The position numbers and the translations under genes are program-made. Under the pieces are notes generated by a model, which was not told the origin of the DNA, made no database searches, and worked only from the letters and a program-made list of their open reading frames with translations. Below, piece by piece: positions 13,990-27,657 of a stretch of DNA of 64,000 bases. This DNA is from Camelus ferus (lineage: Eukaryota). The stretch lies in contig NC_045697.1 of NCBI RefSeq assembly GCF_009834535.1, positions 70,434,001 to 70,498,000 of the forward strand, read 5' to 3'. Numbering within the stretch: the stretch's first letter is position 1; each line of letters opens with the position of its first letter.

Positions 13990-14175
13990 CCAACGTGGGT
14001 TTGCATTTGGATTCTACAACTTAATGGCTGTAAGATTTTGAACAGGTTAAATATCTCTTTGAGGTTAACCCCCTTAGCAAAATGGAGAAATTACATCTTA
14101 CTTACTGAATGATGCATATTAACAAGCAGCATGTATAAAATGCCTAATACACTATACAACACAGTGTTCAAATGA
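13990..14175 (+). mobile_element. MIR SINE (diverged)
   Basis: gggtttgcatttggattctacaacttaatggctgtaagattttgaacaggttaaatatctctttgag core-like sequence. Confidence 0.6.
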
Positions 14176-15914
14176 TACTTCTTCTTATGATAATCACTAT
14201 TGGGAAGTAGGAACTGAGTAATTCCCAACCAGGCCTTTAAAATCTCAGCTGAATTTCTACTCTAAGCATCAGGTAGTTGCCCAGGAGAAGATGAAAGTTC
14301 TTGTTGCAACTTTTGAATAGTTAGCAACTCCAAATTTAAAAAACTGGCCCAGAGATGTCCTTACCTATAAGAACAATTGATAAGATGTGAATTTATCAAA
14401 AATGATCAATCACAATGATCATTTACAGTATATATGCAATGAAAGAACCATGTAACAATTTTATTATTCATTCATTTATTTAAGCTATCATTTTATTTAA
14501 AAAATCCTGATAGGATCATGTTTATGATTTTCTGATTCTTTTTCTTTCAGCTTTGTGCATAACCTGTCATCTGTTATGTGCTATCTGTTGGGAGTTCAAA
14601 CAAATTCCACTTAAAAATAATCTGTTTATTGCTTTTTCATCATTAAGGAAAATATTGAAAGGTATAAAAAAGAAAATTAAAATTACCTGTAATTGCATAA
14701 ACCACAGATAAATGCAGATGACACTTTGCTGTATATACTTCTAGTCTTTTTTCTTTGTAAATATGTAGTAAAGTAAATAGAGATATAGCAACAGGAAGCA
14801 GAGATAATAATTTCCAAAGTCATTAAACTATATATGAAAAACAGATTTCAAGTGCTAGTATATGAATCCATGCTATGGATATATATCTGTATCATAATTA
14901 ATGTTATCTGAAAAAATTGCAATTTTTATTTCTATAAAATTAATATATTTAAAGGATATGGCCTTTTCTTTTTCCTTTCAGCGTCTGAATCCCCCTTCTA
15001 TGTTCAGGACCACACCCCCACCCCCCAACAGTGGAAGCTGAAAGATAACGTCAGATACTTGATTTCCCAGCCACCCTTGCAGCTGATGTGGGCTCTTTTA
15101 CACCTTGAGTAGAAGGGTAGAGGGTTGGAGAAGTGAGGCCGTGCAGAATTCGTGTGCCAAGAAGGGTGGAAGCCAGTTTTCCGAGAGGGCAGTGGCAGTG
15201 GTGCCAGCAGCAGCCTCAGGGATACTTGCAAGGAAGTCACTGAGTTAGAAAGTATGAACATTTCAAGTCTTCTTTATCTTTGCTTAAATATTCCCTTAGA
15301 CAGGCTAGTTTAACTTACATTCCTGTAGCCATAAACATACCCAATCTTAGTTCTTTACTTCTGAAACATGTGCTTCCATTAAACACATTACCTCAAAAGC
15401 TATTGTTAAATAGGGCAGTTTTATTGTTAAAGGTGCTGATATAATGTGAAATTTGGTTTGGGCATAAGCAGTTTCTCCACAGTGCCAACAAATAACACAA
15501 ACCCAGTGCAAGTTATTTTAACACAGGAGAGGCAGCAAGCAATGGAAGAATACACTGCTGTGCTTAGGGCCCCTTCACCTCCTGGGCTTCCAAGGATGCC
15601 ATGTGCTCTGTCCTGGAAGTGTGTAATGTTTGGTTCTTCCATGTTGGTTTATAATTTTTGTCCTTGTCTCCATGATTTGACAGTCTAATCATTCCTTACA
15701 CACTTTTCATGAAGTTAGCTTTCACTTTTTTATAATGGTAGAATCCTGTATTTACTGTAGTTTTCTTTAGTCTTACGGCTTTTTATTTGTTTAATTAGGA
15801 TTGTTGTGGTTTTTGTTAGCGCTCTGGTTACAATATTATACAGATTTCACGTGGCCTTTCCTAGTCCTATTTTTTCTGTGAACTCTGTAATTTTTATTTT
15901 TATCTTTTAATTAC

Positions 15915-16050
15915 TTTTTAAAATTGAAGTATAGTCAATTGACAATGTGTCAATTTCTGGTGTACAGGATGTTTCAATCACATATATATTCATTTTCATA
16001 TTTTTCATTGTAGGTTACTACAAGATATTGAATATAGTTCCCTCTGTAAA
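15915..16050 (-). mobile_element. Short L1 3' tail fragment
   Basis: ttgaagtatagtcaattgacaatgtgtcaatttctggtgtacag...caagatattgaatatagttccct, same family as 22500-23222. Confidence 0.8.
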
Positions 16051-17024
16051 TACACTGTAAACTCATAGTAATAAAGATAAACCAACTCATAATGGCAGTG
16101 CTGAAATTCCAGAAATTTTCTTCCATAACAGCCTTGTTCATTATTCTTCTAGTTATACTTCTGAGGCTGCAAATCCCATAGTCTACATCAACATTCAACT
16201 GGACTTATTGTCATCTCTGCTTATTAAAGAGAAACCCAATATATTGCTCCCAGTCTGGGAGCAATAAGAAATAGTTGTTTTATGTTAATAACACTCCACT
16301 CTTTCCAGTCATTTAAATGTTGGTAGATAGAACGATTTGAATGCACAGCAGTTTGGGTTGACTATCAGGAAGAACTAAAGCAATACTTTTCAGGGCTTTG
16401 CATCAAGAGCAACATTGAACTTTGGCTCTTGCAGTGCACACCAATATTTCTGTAACTCCAGCGATAAAGTACTCTTTGTCCCCACAGAAACTGGCAGAGG
16501 CCATCTGGGTTGGTGCTGTACACAATACGGTGTTATTTTGGGCCCCTTCACATTTGGAGAACTGATTATTAAAAACGAGTTTTCTCATGGTCTGGTCGTT
16601 TTTCATCATATGTAACATCATGAGTGGAGAAGACCATGCAGAAGTTTGTAGACCTAGCACTGCCATTTACGGATTTATTCTTATGCCATTTTTAGTGAGT
16701 CAGGTCAGAATTTTCCAGCTGTTCTCTCCACCTACTACAAATACCCTAGCAAAGCCCTTTTCACTGGTAAACACTTCCTTTGTTTAATTATAGATACATG
16801 ATATGTTAGTGAGACTTGTGTTTGGCATATCAGAATTATTCCACATGAGCCTGATAACACTATACTGTAAGTTACCCTCTGAGACTAAGGCAGAGTTCAA
16901 ACCAACAGAAACTTTGATAATTTAGAATTTGAAAGATTCTTAGATTTCTCTCTTTTCCATCATTTCAACCAAACTTTTATTTCTTAGTTCCACCTTTCTA
17001 CATTCACCTTAAAAGGATTGGTTG

Positions 17025-18390
17025 TTGTAATGGATGCTACGTCATAGTGCACCATCCATGTCTGGGACACATATCCCCCAGCTGCTGGAAGTGTCGGTGA
17101 TTAACATATTTCCACTGACCCCTCTCCATGCAAAGCAACCCTGCTTCTTTGAGGCAGCCTTTCCAATAAAAAAATCACAGTCCTCCGCTCAGTTTCCAGA
17201 GCTAAACCAGTTTCCAGCCTAGAACCCATTTACTGAAGGAGAGGTAAAAATTCCTGGAGGAAAAATGCCAGCAATCCCATGACAAGTATATGCTGTAATG
17301 ACTCCCCGCCCCAGTCTTTCCCCCTAAGTGACCTATAGCCATTTACTTGGGTAGTTGTACAACAAAAAATGGAGAATGAATGAATCATTTCAGGGCGTGT
17401 TGGACGTGAGTTCTGAATTGACAGTGATGACCTGGACCTAAAGCGTCATCATGCTCTCTAAGTAATAAATAGAGTCCTAGTCCAGATCCAGCTCACAGTG
17501 TATCTGTGGGACTCACGGATGCACCCAATAGACATTTCCTTGGTCCCCAAATACATAATTCCAATGGACACACCTGGTAGTTTGCTGAATATATTGATGC
17601 TTTGACCTATGGGGTAAGAACAACCATTGTGGGAACAACCATGAGGATATGAACAAGTTCAACAACCAAGGCCTAAGGACGTGGTAACCAGGGGCTTAGA
17701 TCTCTCAGCGATGGGGATCTGGGTCACCCACTAGCAAGTTAGCTGACCAGGAGAGGTGATAACAGAGGATGTGGGGAATCTAGAACAGTGGTTGACAAGG
17801 GAATGATGCTCTTTTGTAGCTTTCAGACCACCTGCAGTGGCAGGACTGTCATTTGTCCCACTCACCTTCCTCTGTCAGTTTCCCCGGGAAATGAGACCAG
17901 AGACCTGCAAAAGCTGGACCCAGAATTTGGATCTGAGTGGTACAAGCGATGGGCTGGGGAAGGTGCTGCAATGCACCACTCAGATCCCCTCTTTATATCT
18001 GAGGCCAGCATCTTCCAAACCATCGGGACTGTTGGTGGCTGACTGCTCACAGCCCCGTCAGCACCTCAGGAATTGCCTCAGCTGTAGAGTGCTGCCTCAT
18101 CCAAAGTCACACACACCTGTCCTCAGCAGCCTGTTTCTAATGCATGGTCAGTGAGGGCAGGGATCAAGGTGAACCCCTTGCCTCAGGGGAAATAACTCTG
18201 AAAGGCATCCTAGCTCCAGAACTCCCTGAGAGATCAGGTGAGACCATTCTGTGAGACTGCATCATAGGTTCAACTCTTTCTTTTGCTCAGTCAGTTTTAC
18301 TTCCTTCTCTCTTGCTGATCAAAGGGCGTTAACTTCCTGCTTGCAAATCTCCATCTCAGAGTCTATTCCGAGGAACTCCACCTCAAGCAT
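17025..18390 (+). mobile_element. Collapsed ERV-L provirus relic: partial LTR16-like 5' end, degenerate protease region and LTR16-like 3' LTR (~17960-18390)
   Basis: 17388 onward translates as FQGVLDVSSELTVM and 17462 onward as VINRVLVQIQLTVYLWDSRMHPIDISLVPKYIIPMDTPGSLLN, resembling ERV-L aspartic protease. The LTR ends cttgcaaatctccatctcagagtctattccgaggaac. Confidence 0.75.
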
Positions 18391-19299
18391 TTATTAAAGG
18401 AGAAGTGATGCCAGATGGAAGAGGTGAGGTCATCTTATCTTAGGGAAGCTTCCATAAGTTCTCTCATTCCCCATTCTGGGTGGTGATACCACCTTCTACA
18501 TTAAACAACAGCAGAAAACCCTGAATATAGGAAGTTTAGGGATACCCTCCTTTTTCTCCTCCTTATACTCAGCCACCAAAACCTGTTCATTTTCTCTTGA
18601 ACTAGTTACTGCCATCATAACTTGTTTCTGATCTAGGTTAGTCTCTTCTCCCTTCCCCGCTCGGCTGTTTCAGTTGGTTCTTCACAAATCGTCTGCCTCC
18701 TGCCTCTTTATCACTCCTAAGCCATTCATTAAATGCAATGTTTTCTGAATGATCTCCCCTAAATTCTACGTTATGATAGTACCTCACTGCTTACAAACAT
18801 GAAACAACTCACCTGTGTAGAAATTGCATTTCTTAGTGTGACATCCCAAAGGCCTCCACATTCTGGGCCATATCGACCTCCTTCTGATCTGTGTTACAAA
18901 ATAGTTACTGAAAATTGACAAAGATAAAAATGCAAGTCTGCCTTCCAGTTGCTCAGAATGATTTCAAAACTTCTGCTGCAGCCACATTCTTTCTGTGTGC
19001 AGCACACCCTTGAAAAAAATCCTCTCACAACTATTGATCCTTTTAAAAATAAATAAAATATTGAAGTGCAAAGAAAAATACAGAAAATTATAAAATAACT
19101 ATGTACTAGATTTTAACAGTTTTCAAACTTTATTTATCTTTAGTTTTTTTTTATCAATAATTCACTAGAGATGCCCCTGTGTTGCTTTTACAGATCTCAT
19201 TCCTTTTCCAAAAATAATTTTTATTTTTTCCTTTACTCATGCAAATATTTAAGGCAATATATTTCTTTTTATGTACAATCTTATCTGTATCCTAGATAT

Positions 19300-19775
19300 T
19301 TTGATATATAGCAATTTCATTATCATTAAATCCTAACTTTTTAAAATTATTTTGACCTATGAATTATTTAGAAGAATATTTGTATTTGTATGTTTGTATT
19401 TAAATTTCCAAATGTATGGAGGATTTGTGGTTGTTTTCATGTTTTTGTTATTTATTTCACAGAATAGTCTTTGTTAATTTAATATTTGCTGTGTGTTATA
19501 AAATGTGGTAAATTTAGGGATATGTTTCCTGTTGACATGGAAATAATGTAGTTATTAAGTTGGGGTTTTGCAGTGTTACGCATGGTTATCAAATACATCA
19601 TGTGTAGTGTCATTGAATCTTTCACTTCTTTAATTCTATTTTGGATTGATCTCTTGATTATTGACAGAAGTATATTGACATTGTTCACTATGATTGTAAA
19701 TTGTTCAACTTACTGTCTAATTTTATGAATATGCACTTAATATTTTGAAACTATGTTATTTGGTACATGCACTGT
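19300..19775 (-). mobile_element. Old L1 (L1M) ORF2 fragment
   Basis: tctcttgattattgacagaagtatattgacattgttcactatgattgtaaattg...tattttgaaactatgttatttggtacatg resembles the antisense L1M endonuclease region. Confidence 0.6.
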
Positions 19776-19852
19776 GATCACAGGATAGAAGTCATTTGTT
19801 TATTGTACTTGATTTTTAACAACAGATGGCAGGCTCAGGTCTTAACGCTAGC

Positions 19853-20275
19853 TGTTGAGAGACAATTCTCTGTGAGTTGCTTATGTCTCTGCATGTCTTA
19901 CAAGTGAGGAAGTGGTTGCCATTTGATCTCAACTGTCTTTTCAAGGTTTGTATAGTGATCAAATATGGAAGATAAGTAGTGTCTTTTTCAGTGGCAAAGG
20001 GCAGGTATGCCCATTATAAAAGACTTGGATTCCCTAAACTCAGGGTTCCTCTCCTGTAACACAATGCCTAGGCATCCACTGGATCCAACACCTTTGCTCC
20101 TGTGGGCCTTGGAAGCGGTTAGGGGACTGATGATATGCTGGTGCTCATGCTGCTTAAGTAGTAGAATACTTTGTCTCTGTCCCAGGAGTCTTGCATCTTC
20201 TGCAAGTATCCATGATACTGTGGCAGCTACTATGTTACCTCTGAAGTGGGGTGAATCTCAGCCCCTTTAGAGGTC
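19853..20275 (+). mobile_element. Solo ERV1-class LTR (MER90/MER92/MER110-like; subfamily uncertain)
   Basis: Starts TGTTGAGAGACAATTCTC, has an internal TATA (attataaaag) and the segment ctttgtctctgtcccaggagtcttgcatcttctgc. Confidence 0.65.
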
Positions 20276-21139
20276 CCTATCCCTCATGTTACAACTTGTC
20301 TGTGTTGTTGATGCTAATACTTCCTTCATAGTCCACGGTGCTACTATTATAGCAAGTTGCATTTGATATATGTGGTAGCTACCAGAGCATTCTCTGAAAC
20401 ACAGGAACAGTTGACTCAGTATCTTCATGCTATTGCTGATAGAACATTGCAAAATGGTCTTTACACTGCCTCCAAATGGCTTTAGTCTGGATTTCAGCCT
20501 TGAAATAGGTTTATAAAACTTCCCTCATTCTTTCCCAGCAAAGTCATACTTGAGCTATAATTTGGTTTTCAGTTTGAGATTTGATTTGTCTGCCTTTGCA
20601 TTTCTTTCAGTATGTTTGAGTAGATTGAAAAGTTATTTTTTAATATTTGCAAATCATTAACTAATATTATTATGTAAATAACTTGACCTAATTATCAGTT
20701 CTGGAAATAAGATAAAAACTTAGTTATCCAGATGGTCAGTTTCCTTAGTAGCCTCTTTCAAATAGTCTGCATTCTTCAGCATTCTCTGTCATAATTTCTC
20801 ACATATTGTGTGTTCAGGCAATAAACATCATTTTATATTATTCTCTGCAAAAGTAAATGTGTCACAAGATTAATAATTTGTAGCCCATGGCCAAATGGTA
20901 ATGATTTTCACATTTTATGCTGTTTTTCATTATTTATTCCATGGTTTTCCTCTATGGTGAGAATAATTGAATGATGGCTGTAATAATTGTTACAGTTTAC
21001 TTAAAGTATTTATACTAGGAAAAATTAGTGACCCAAATAAATTATCAGATTTTCATGTCTTTTAGAGCTAGTTTAGTGAAAATAGACTTGTTGTAAGTAC
21101 AGAAAATTCTTAGTTTGAACTTCGCTTAAATTTTTAAAC

Positions 21140-21665
21140 TGCTCATAGACTTTTAAAATTTTTAAATATTTAATTTACTATTAAATTAGTAGGTACAGTA
21201 CAAAAAGAGATTTATAAAAGACATCTAAAGCATAAGGAGTCAGGATTCAACAATATATGCATGTCTACTTCCAAATTTTAGAAAAGATGACTATTATCAC
21301 CTTTTATGTTTTCTGTGGGCTCCTCATTATTTCCACCTACTTTCCTATCCCTTCAGATGTATCCACTATCCCGAAATTTGTGCTTATAAATCCCTGGGTT
21401 TTTTAAAAATAGATAAACCACATATATTGGTATCTCTAAACATTTTAGTTTTCCATGTTTTTAATCATTACATAAATATAAAGATAGCCTACTTATTCTT
21501 TTGTAACTTCTTTTTGTATTCAATATTATATCCTAAAGATTAATCCAAGTCCTTTATAATTTAAATTCTACTCATTTTCATTGTTCTTTAGCATTCCATT
21601 TATGACTGTAGCACAATTCATTTAGCCATTCTATAGTTGATGGACATTTGTGTTGTTTCCACACT
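21140..21665 (-). mobile_element. Old L1 (L1ME-like) 3' fragment
   Basis: gcattccatttatgactgtagcacaattcatttagccattctatagttgatggacatttgtgttgtttcc. Confidence 0.65.
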
Positions 21666-22064
21666 AAACATCACGCTTTTAAACAGTGTGATGCTGACCT
21701 ATCAGTCCAAGGCAGCAGTCTTAAAACTGGAAAATTATTACAGGGGCAAACAAATGTTTTCACTGAGGTTTGTGCAGCACACAGTTTTAAGGTGACTGAT
21801 TTCCAAACCCTTTGCTTCTATATATATTCTTTCCTAAAATTGATCTCCCTGAAAACTTACCTGAGATGCAGGTCTTACTTGTTCACTTCCCCTGTAACAA
21901 TCCTCTTCCCCTACTTCACAAAAGACATGCCCCTCACTATTAGCCCATCTTGATATATAATGCTTTATTCAGGGGTGTAATAACCTCTATGGTACCAAAC
22001 AAAAGGACAGTTTGAACTGTCACTCTAGGATAGTATTGAGAAAGCTGATTATTTGAATGTCTGG

Positions 22065-22442
22065 TGTTATGAGCTGAATTGTGTACTCCCAAAATTCGTA
22101 TGAAATTCATATGTTGAAATCCTAATGCCCTGTGCCTCAGCATATGACTATATTTAGAGATAGGGTTTATAAAGAAATGATTAGGTTAAAGTTAAGGTCA
22201 TTAGGGTAGGTCCAAATGTGATATGATTGGTGTTCTTATATGAAGATTTGGACACAAACAGTACAGAGGAAAGATGGCGAAGGGAGAAGGCTGCCATCTA
22301 ATCCATGGAGAGAAGCTTCAGAAGAAACTAACACTGACAACCCCTTGATCTCACACTTCCAGCCTCCAGAACTGTGAGAAATAAATTTCTGATGCTTAAA
22401 GCCACCCAGTCTGTAGTATTGGTTATGGCAGCCTGAGAAAGT
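22065..22442 (+). mobile_element. MaLR solo LTR (MLT1A/B-like)
   Basis: tgttatgagctgaattgtgtactcccaaaattc...ttccagcctccagaactgtgagaaataaatttctgatgcttaaagccacccagtctgtagtattggttatggcagcc. Confidence 0.88.
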
Positions 22443-22499
22443 CTTTTTGCAAATCAGGTGGTCTTTAGTCCTCTGATTTCAACAATATGAGAATAAAAT

Positions 22500-23222
22500 C
22501 TTTTTTTTTAATTGAAGTACAGTCAGTTACAATGTGTTAATTTCTTGTGTACAGCGCAATGTCCCAGTCATGCATATACATACATATATTTGTTCTCATA
22601 TTCTGTTTCATTAAAGGTTATTACAAGATACTGAATATAGTTCCCTGTGCTATACAGAAGAAACATTTTAAAATCTGTTTTTATATATGGTGGCTAACAT
22701 TTGCAAATCTCAAACTCCCAAATTTATCCCTTCCCATCCCCTTCCCCCGGTAACCATAAGATTATTTACTATGTCTGTGAGTCTGTTTCCATTTTGTAGA
22801 TGAGTTCATTAGGGTCCTCTTTTTTTCCTTTTTTTGGATTCTACATACATGTGAATGGTATCAAATGTTATTTTTCTTTCTCCTTCTGGCTTACTTCACT
22901 TAGAATGATGATCTCTAGGTCCATCGATGTTGCTGTAAATACCATTGTTTTATTCTTTTATATGGCTGAGTAGTATTACATCGTATAAATATACCTCAAA
23001 TTCTTTATCCAGTCATCTCTTGACAGACATTTAGGCTGTTTCCATGTCTTGGCTATAGTATATAGTGCTGCTATGAACATTGGGGTACATGTATCTTTTC
23101 AAATTAAAGTGTCCTTCAGATATATGCCCAGGAGTGAGATTGCTGGATCATTTGGTAAGTCTATTTTTAGTTTTTTGAGGAATCTGTATACTGTTTTCCA
23201 TAATGGCTGCACCAAACTACAT
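22500..23222 (-). mobile_element. 5'-truncated LINE-1 (relatively young, cetartiodactyl type)
   Basis: Poly-T at 22501, then ttgaagtacagtcagttacaatgtg...atatgcccaggagtgagattgctggatcatttggtaagtctatttttag. Confidence 0.92.
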
Positions 23223-23514
23223 GGAAATAAACTCTTATTGAACTATCTGAGTATTGATCATTTGAAATATTTTTTGGTGATAGATATTTATGTGACTTTG
23301 GCATATATCTTGAAAGTAGTTCAAATATTGATTACAGTTTGATATTGTAACAGGCAAATTATCTATATTCCCATCTACTTATTGATACTAACATATTTTC
23401 TCAGAGCTTACATTTACAGACAAAACAGGAAATGATGCTTAATCCTCCAAATTTAGCAAAAACAATTATCTATAAATTAATTCACTAATTTAAAAGAATC
23501 ATTTTACCTGCAGA

Positions 23515-23874
23515 CTAAAACTGCAATGAGATATCACCTCACACCTGTCAGAATGGCTATCATCAAAAAGAAAACAAATAACAAATGTTGGCAAGGGTGT
23601 GGAGAAAAGGGAACCCTCGTACACTGTTGGTGGGAATATAAACTGGAGCAGCCACTGTGGAAAACACAAAGAAGGTTTTTCAAAAAACTAAAACTGGGAC
23701 TACCATATGACCCAGTAATTCCACTCCTCTGTATATATCTAAAAAAACCCGAAACACTATTTGAAAAGATACACGTATCTTTCCAATGTTCATAGCAGCA
23801 TTATTTATTTATAACAGCTGAGATATGGAAGCAACCTAAGTGTCCATCAACAGATGAATGGATAAAGAAGATAT

Positions 23875-23930
<56 letters not shown>

Positions 23931-24385
23931 CATACACACTAGAATACTACGTAGCCATAAAAAAATAAAATTTTGCCATTTGCAACAACATGGATGGGCT
24001 TGAAGGGTATTATGCTAAGTGAAATAGAGATAGACAAATACTGTAGGATTCATGTATATGTGGAATCTAAAAAATACAATGAACTAGTGAACATAACAAA
24101 AAAGAAACACTCACAGATATAGAGAATAAATTAGTGATTCTCAGTGGAGGGAGGGAAGTGGGGAGGGGCAACATAGAGGTAGGGGATTAAAAGGTACAAA
24201 CTAGCATGTATAAAATAAGCTACAAGGATATATTGTACAGCACTTGGAATACAGCAAATATTTTATAATAACTATAAATGAAGTATAACCTTTAAAAATT
24301 GTGAATCTCTATATTGTATGCCTGTAACTTATATAATATTTTACATCAGCTGTACTTCAATAAAAATAGTAAGAAAAAGAAAAAT
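23515..24385 (+). mobile_element. 5'-truncated LINE-1 (ORF2 C-terminus and 3' UTR)
   Basis: ORF 23526..23795 ([15 protein letters not shown]...[17 protein letters not shown]...[10 protein letters not shown]) is the L1 ORF2p C-terminal domain; aataaa and an A-rich tail at ~24360-24385. Confidence 0.93.
23877..23938. repeat. Compound (TG)n(TA)n microsatellite within L1
   Basis: About 20 TG units followed by TA units, read directly. Confidence 0.95.
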
Positions 24386-25269
24386 CTAGAAATCCAACAG
24401 TAGGGAACAATTTGGCTGATTATGATAACTCAACTAGATGGAATATTGCTTAATCATCAAAATGATCATTGATCATTCATTGTAACAAGAAAAATGTTTA
24501 TAGTAAAAGACTAAGCACAAAAACTAAATAGAAGTTCAGTTTTAAGGTGGAAAAAAGAATCATTTCACTGAGAGAATATTATTTTTTGCTTAATAGTATT
24601 ATATAATTCAGAAACATTTAATGTTTGATTATCGTGTACTATTACTATTTATAAAGTCAATGCAATTAAAAATTAATGTTTAAATCCTTATGATCACAGG
24701 AAATTAAAAAAATTGTAGTTTAAATTTAATCTTATTTTTATTATAAGAGGAAATATTAATAAAAGACTTTCAAGTCTAAAATATATAAAGGTAAAATTTA
24801 GTGTAAAAAGTAGACTTTAAGAAGATACAAGAAAAAAGAAAAAGTAACACTAAAAATTCTTATTCTGTTGAAAACCCTAATTTAGTGTTTTCTAAATAGT
24901 TGTTGGTGTGTACTAAATTACTGTACTATTTACGTTCCATTGCAAACACCTAACAAGATGATGTAATTGTTTCATTTAAGAAGATCATATTCACAACATA
25001 CTGGAATGTATATTATTTGCAACTTTTTAAACTTAGGGTGGAAATTTTGGATGGCAAGTGAAAAATGTGGCTGAGCATGTACTATTACAAACTTCTTTTA
25101 GATGTGCAACAAACAAAAAGTTTGAAGAATGCTGGTCTAGGTTTGATAAATAAAAATAGAATTACTAACTCCTAAAATATGTTTATCTTCAGCTTTACAA
25201 ATAATGTCAGACTACAGATACACATATTGGCATGTCGAAATGAGGTGTTTTTTTTTTGCCCCTGTCTCC

Positions 25270-25900
25270 TAACCAGCTTTTTAACCCCCCTCTTTTTAAA
25301 CCAATAAGAATGTGTTTATATTGGTGTCTCATTGTGCTTTTAATCTGGATTTATCTGGCTACTAATTAGACTGAGCATCTTTTCATATGTCTGTCACCAT
25401 ATGGGTTTCCTTTTCTGTAAAGTACCTATTCAAGCTTTTGCCCATGTTTTTTCTTTGAGTAGTTTGTGTTTTTCTAATTGATTTGAAATAATTCTTGACA
25501 TATTCTGGTTACTCTTTTTCAGTTATATGTATAGAAGTTTCTTTTAGTTCATGACTTATATTTTTATTCTCTTCATAGTGTTATGTGATAGATAAAAAGG
25601 TTCATTGATTCCTTTACATCTTATTTGAGAAATCTTTCTCTAATTCAAAATCATAAAAATTATATTGTTATTTCCCTTTCACATTTAATTCTCTAATCAC
25701 CGTGGAATTGATTTTCATGCTTGATGTGTATGCATCCAATTTTATTTATTTTTTCATGTAGATAAACAATTATTATAACTCCAATTAGTGAAAACACCAT
25801 CATCTATTTACCCGTTGGTCTAAAGTGCCAACTTGGCTGTAGATCAACTTTCCATACACGTCCGTATAGGTCTGCGTCTGGGCTCTCTATTGTTTCAGAC
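25270..25900 (-). mobile_element. Old L1 (L1ME-like) fragment
   Basis: ggtgtctcattgtgcttttaatctggatttatctggctactaattagactgagcatcttttcatatg. Confidence 0.7.
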
Positions 25901-25914
25901 TGACTTGTCTCTCT

Positions 25915-26315
25915 CTGTGGGGCAGAAACTGTTTTCAGTTCATCAAGCCCAATTCCTTCTGCACACATCATGCTACCACATTTCCCAGCCCCTCTTTCCA
26001 TTGAGTGGGGCCATGTGACTGAGTTCTACAGAGGATATAGGCAGAAGTTATGTACATCACTTACATGCCTGGCCCCCAAGTTTCCCATGAGATCCTGTAC
26101 AGTCTCTCTCTTCTCTTGTCTGTGGCAGATGCAGACCCAATGGAGTGTTGTGAATCTATAATCAATGGCAGAGTCTAGGCAGAAGTCTGAGGTTCTGAAC
26201 ATCTGCATGAACCTTCTCCCAGCTCATCACCATGTATCTCTCCCTCCTCATCTGCCACCAACATGCCTTGGACTTTTGTTTTTATTATCACTTGTTTAAA
26301 CCAATATGGATAATT
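25915..26315. mobile_element. Old MaLR LTR (MLT1I/J-like)
   Basis: acatttcccagcccctctttccattgagtggggccatgtgactgagttct...gcagaagttatgtacatcacttacatgcctggccc. Confidence 0.65.
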
Positions 26316-26871
26316 TAATCCTGAGTGTCTTAGGCTCAATATTTTTATGCTTGTCCATTCTTCCACTATGCAAATGGGAAAACTGTCAATAGTGCAACAT
26401 GATGCTAACTCCATGAGAATATAGATCATGTCATTGCAAAGTAGAATCAGGATATTGAGTCCATTACTATAAAATTATACTATCTTTCTATTAATAAGAG
26501 AAAATTAGTCATTAGTTCTTTCAGGAGGCCATACACATTCTAGCCTACAGTTTATTCCCCATTGAAATAGGGAACAAATCACATTTTTTTTTTTTTTGAT
26601 GGTACATGAGAAAGTAGTCAGATCAATTGCAAAAGACAGGTGTGAAGATGCCAGGATGGAAATGCATGTCTTAAATATTGGAAGATTTTTTTATTCTAAG
26701 CACAGCTCTGCTTCACTGAATGGTGAATACTGTCAATAGTTTCCTCATCGTTTCTTCCTGAAAAGAAACCGCATGAAGAATTCTTTGTTCGAAGTTAGGG
26801 GCAGATGTTTCTGACGTGGTTTCTACAGCCTTTGGTGATGAGGGTGAGGGCTCCATGTTGCCTCACACATT

Positions 26872-27110
26872 GAGAGGCAGCATGGTGAGCACAGCCCCTG
26901 GGGTCTGCTTGATTTTATACTTCGGCTTTCCCACATGACTTGGTGACTTTGGGCAAGTTACTTAACCTCTCTGTGTCTGGTCACTTATCCATAAGATGGA
27001 GATGGTAGTGGTCTCATTTCATGAGGCTGTTATGAAGAGTAAATGAGATGGTTTATATATAAAGCATCTAGATCATGCCTAAACTTAGCAAGTCTTATTA
27101 AAGGTGGGTT
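26872..27110 (+). mobile_element. MIR SINE
   Basis: gtgactttgggcaagttacttaacctctctgtgtct core. Confidence 0.85.
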
Positions 27111-27579
27111 ATGCTGTGGGAGAAGTCTGAGCTAATGACATAAATTTGAAGAGACAGAAAAGATAGGTGGACAAGATTAAAAATTCAAATTGATGAATAA
27201 TTGTGGAATTAGAAAGATCTATTGTTCTAATAGAATATTCTCGTAAAAATAAAAATGTATACAGATCTTACAATTTGACGTCTTTGCATTTGGTCATTAG
27301 GAAAAATACAGAAAGCCTTTACATAATGAGTTTTTTTTTTTTTTTTTTTTTAAGGCAGTTGCCAAAGGAGCTCAAATTCTTAATGTCTTCCTATTTGGAA
27401 GTATTACTATATTTGAAAAATTATGAAGAAAATGACTCATTATTGACACACAGGCACATGCAATAGGTACAGTTGGAATATTATAATGAAGGGTACAAAG
27501 CTTTTGTCAAAAAGGGGATAAGTAATTGTTCTGTCAATTTTGTTCAAATATTGTCAAATATATTTTAGGGTGATCATTG

Positions 27580-27657
27580 CATAAATTCAGAAAAGACAAA
27601 GGACAAGAGAATTAAAAATATATGATGTTTTATTGTCAAAAATAGACAAACTTTAAT
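27580..27657 (-). terminator. Distal polyadenylation site of DDIT4L
   Basis: Minus-strand AATAAA at 27634..27629, with ATTAAA at 27657..27652 upstream, followed by tatatttttaattctcttgtcctttgtcttttctg (U/GU-rich downstream element). Confidence 0.7.

Noticed and set aside
14980..15215. Possible old LTR fragment (LTR33/MLT1-like, ttcccagccacccttgcagct)
   Set aside because: Only a short motif is recognisable; family and boundaries cannot be assigned by eye.
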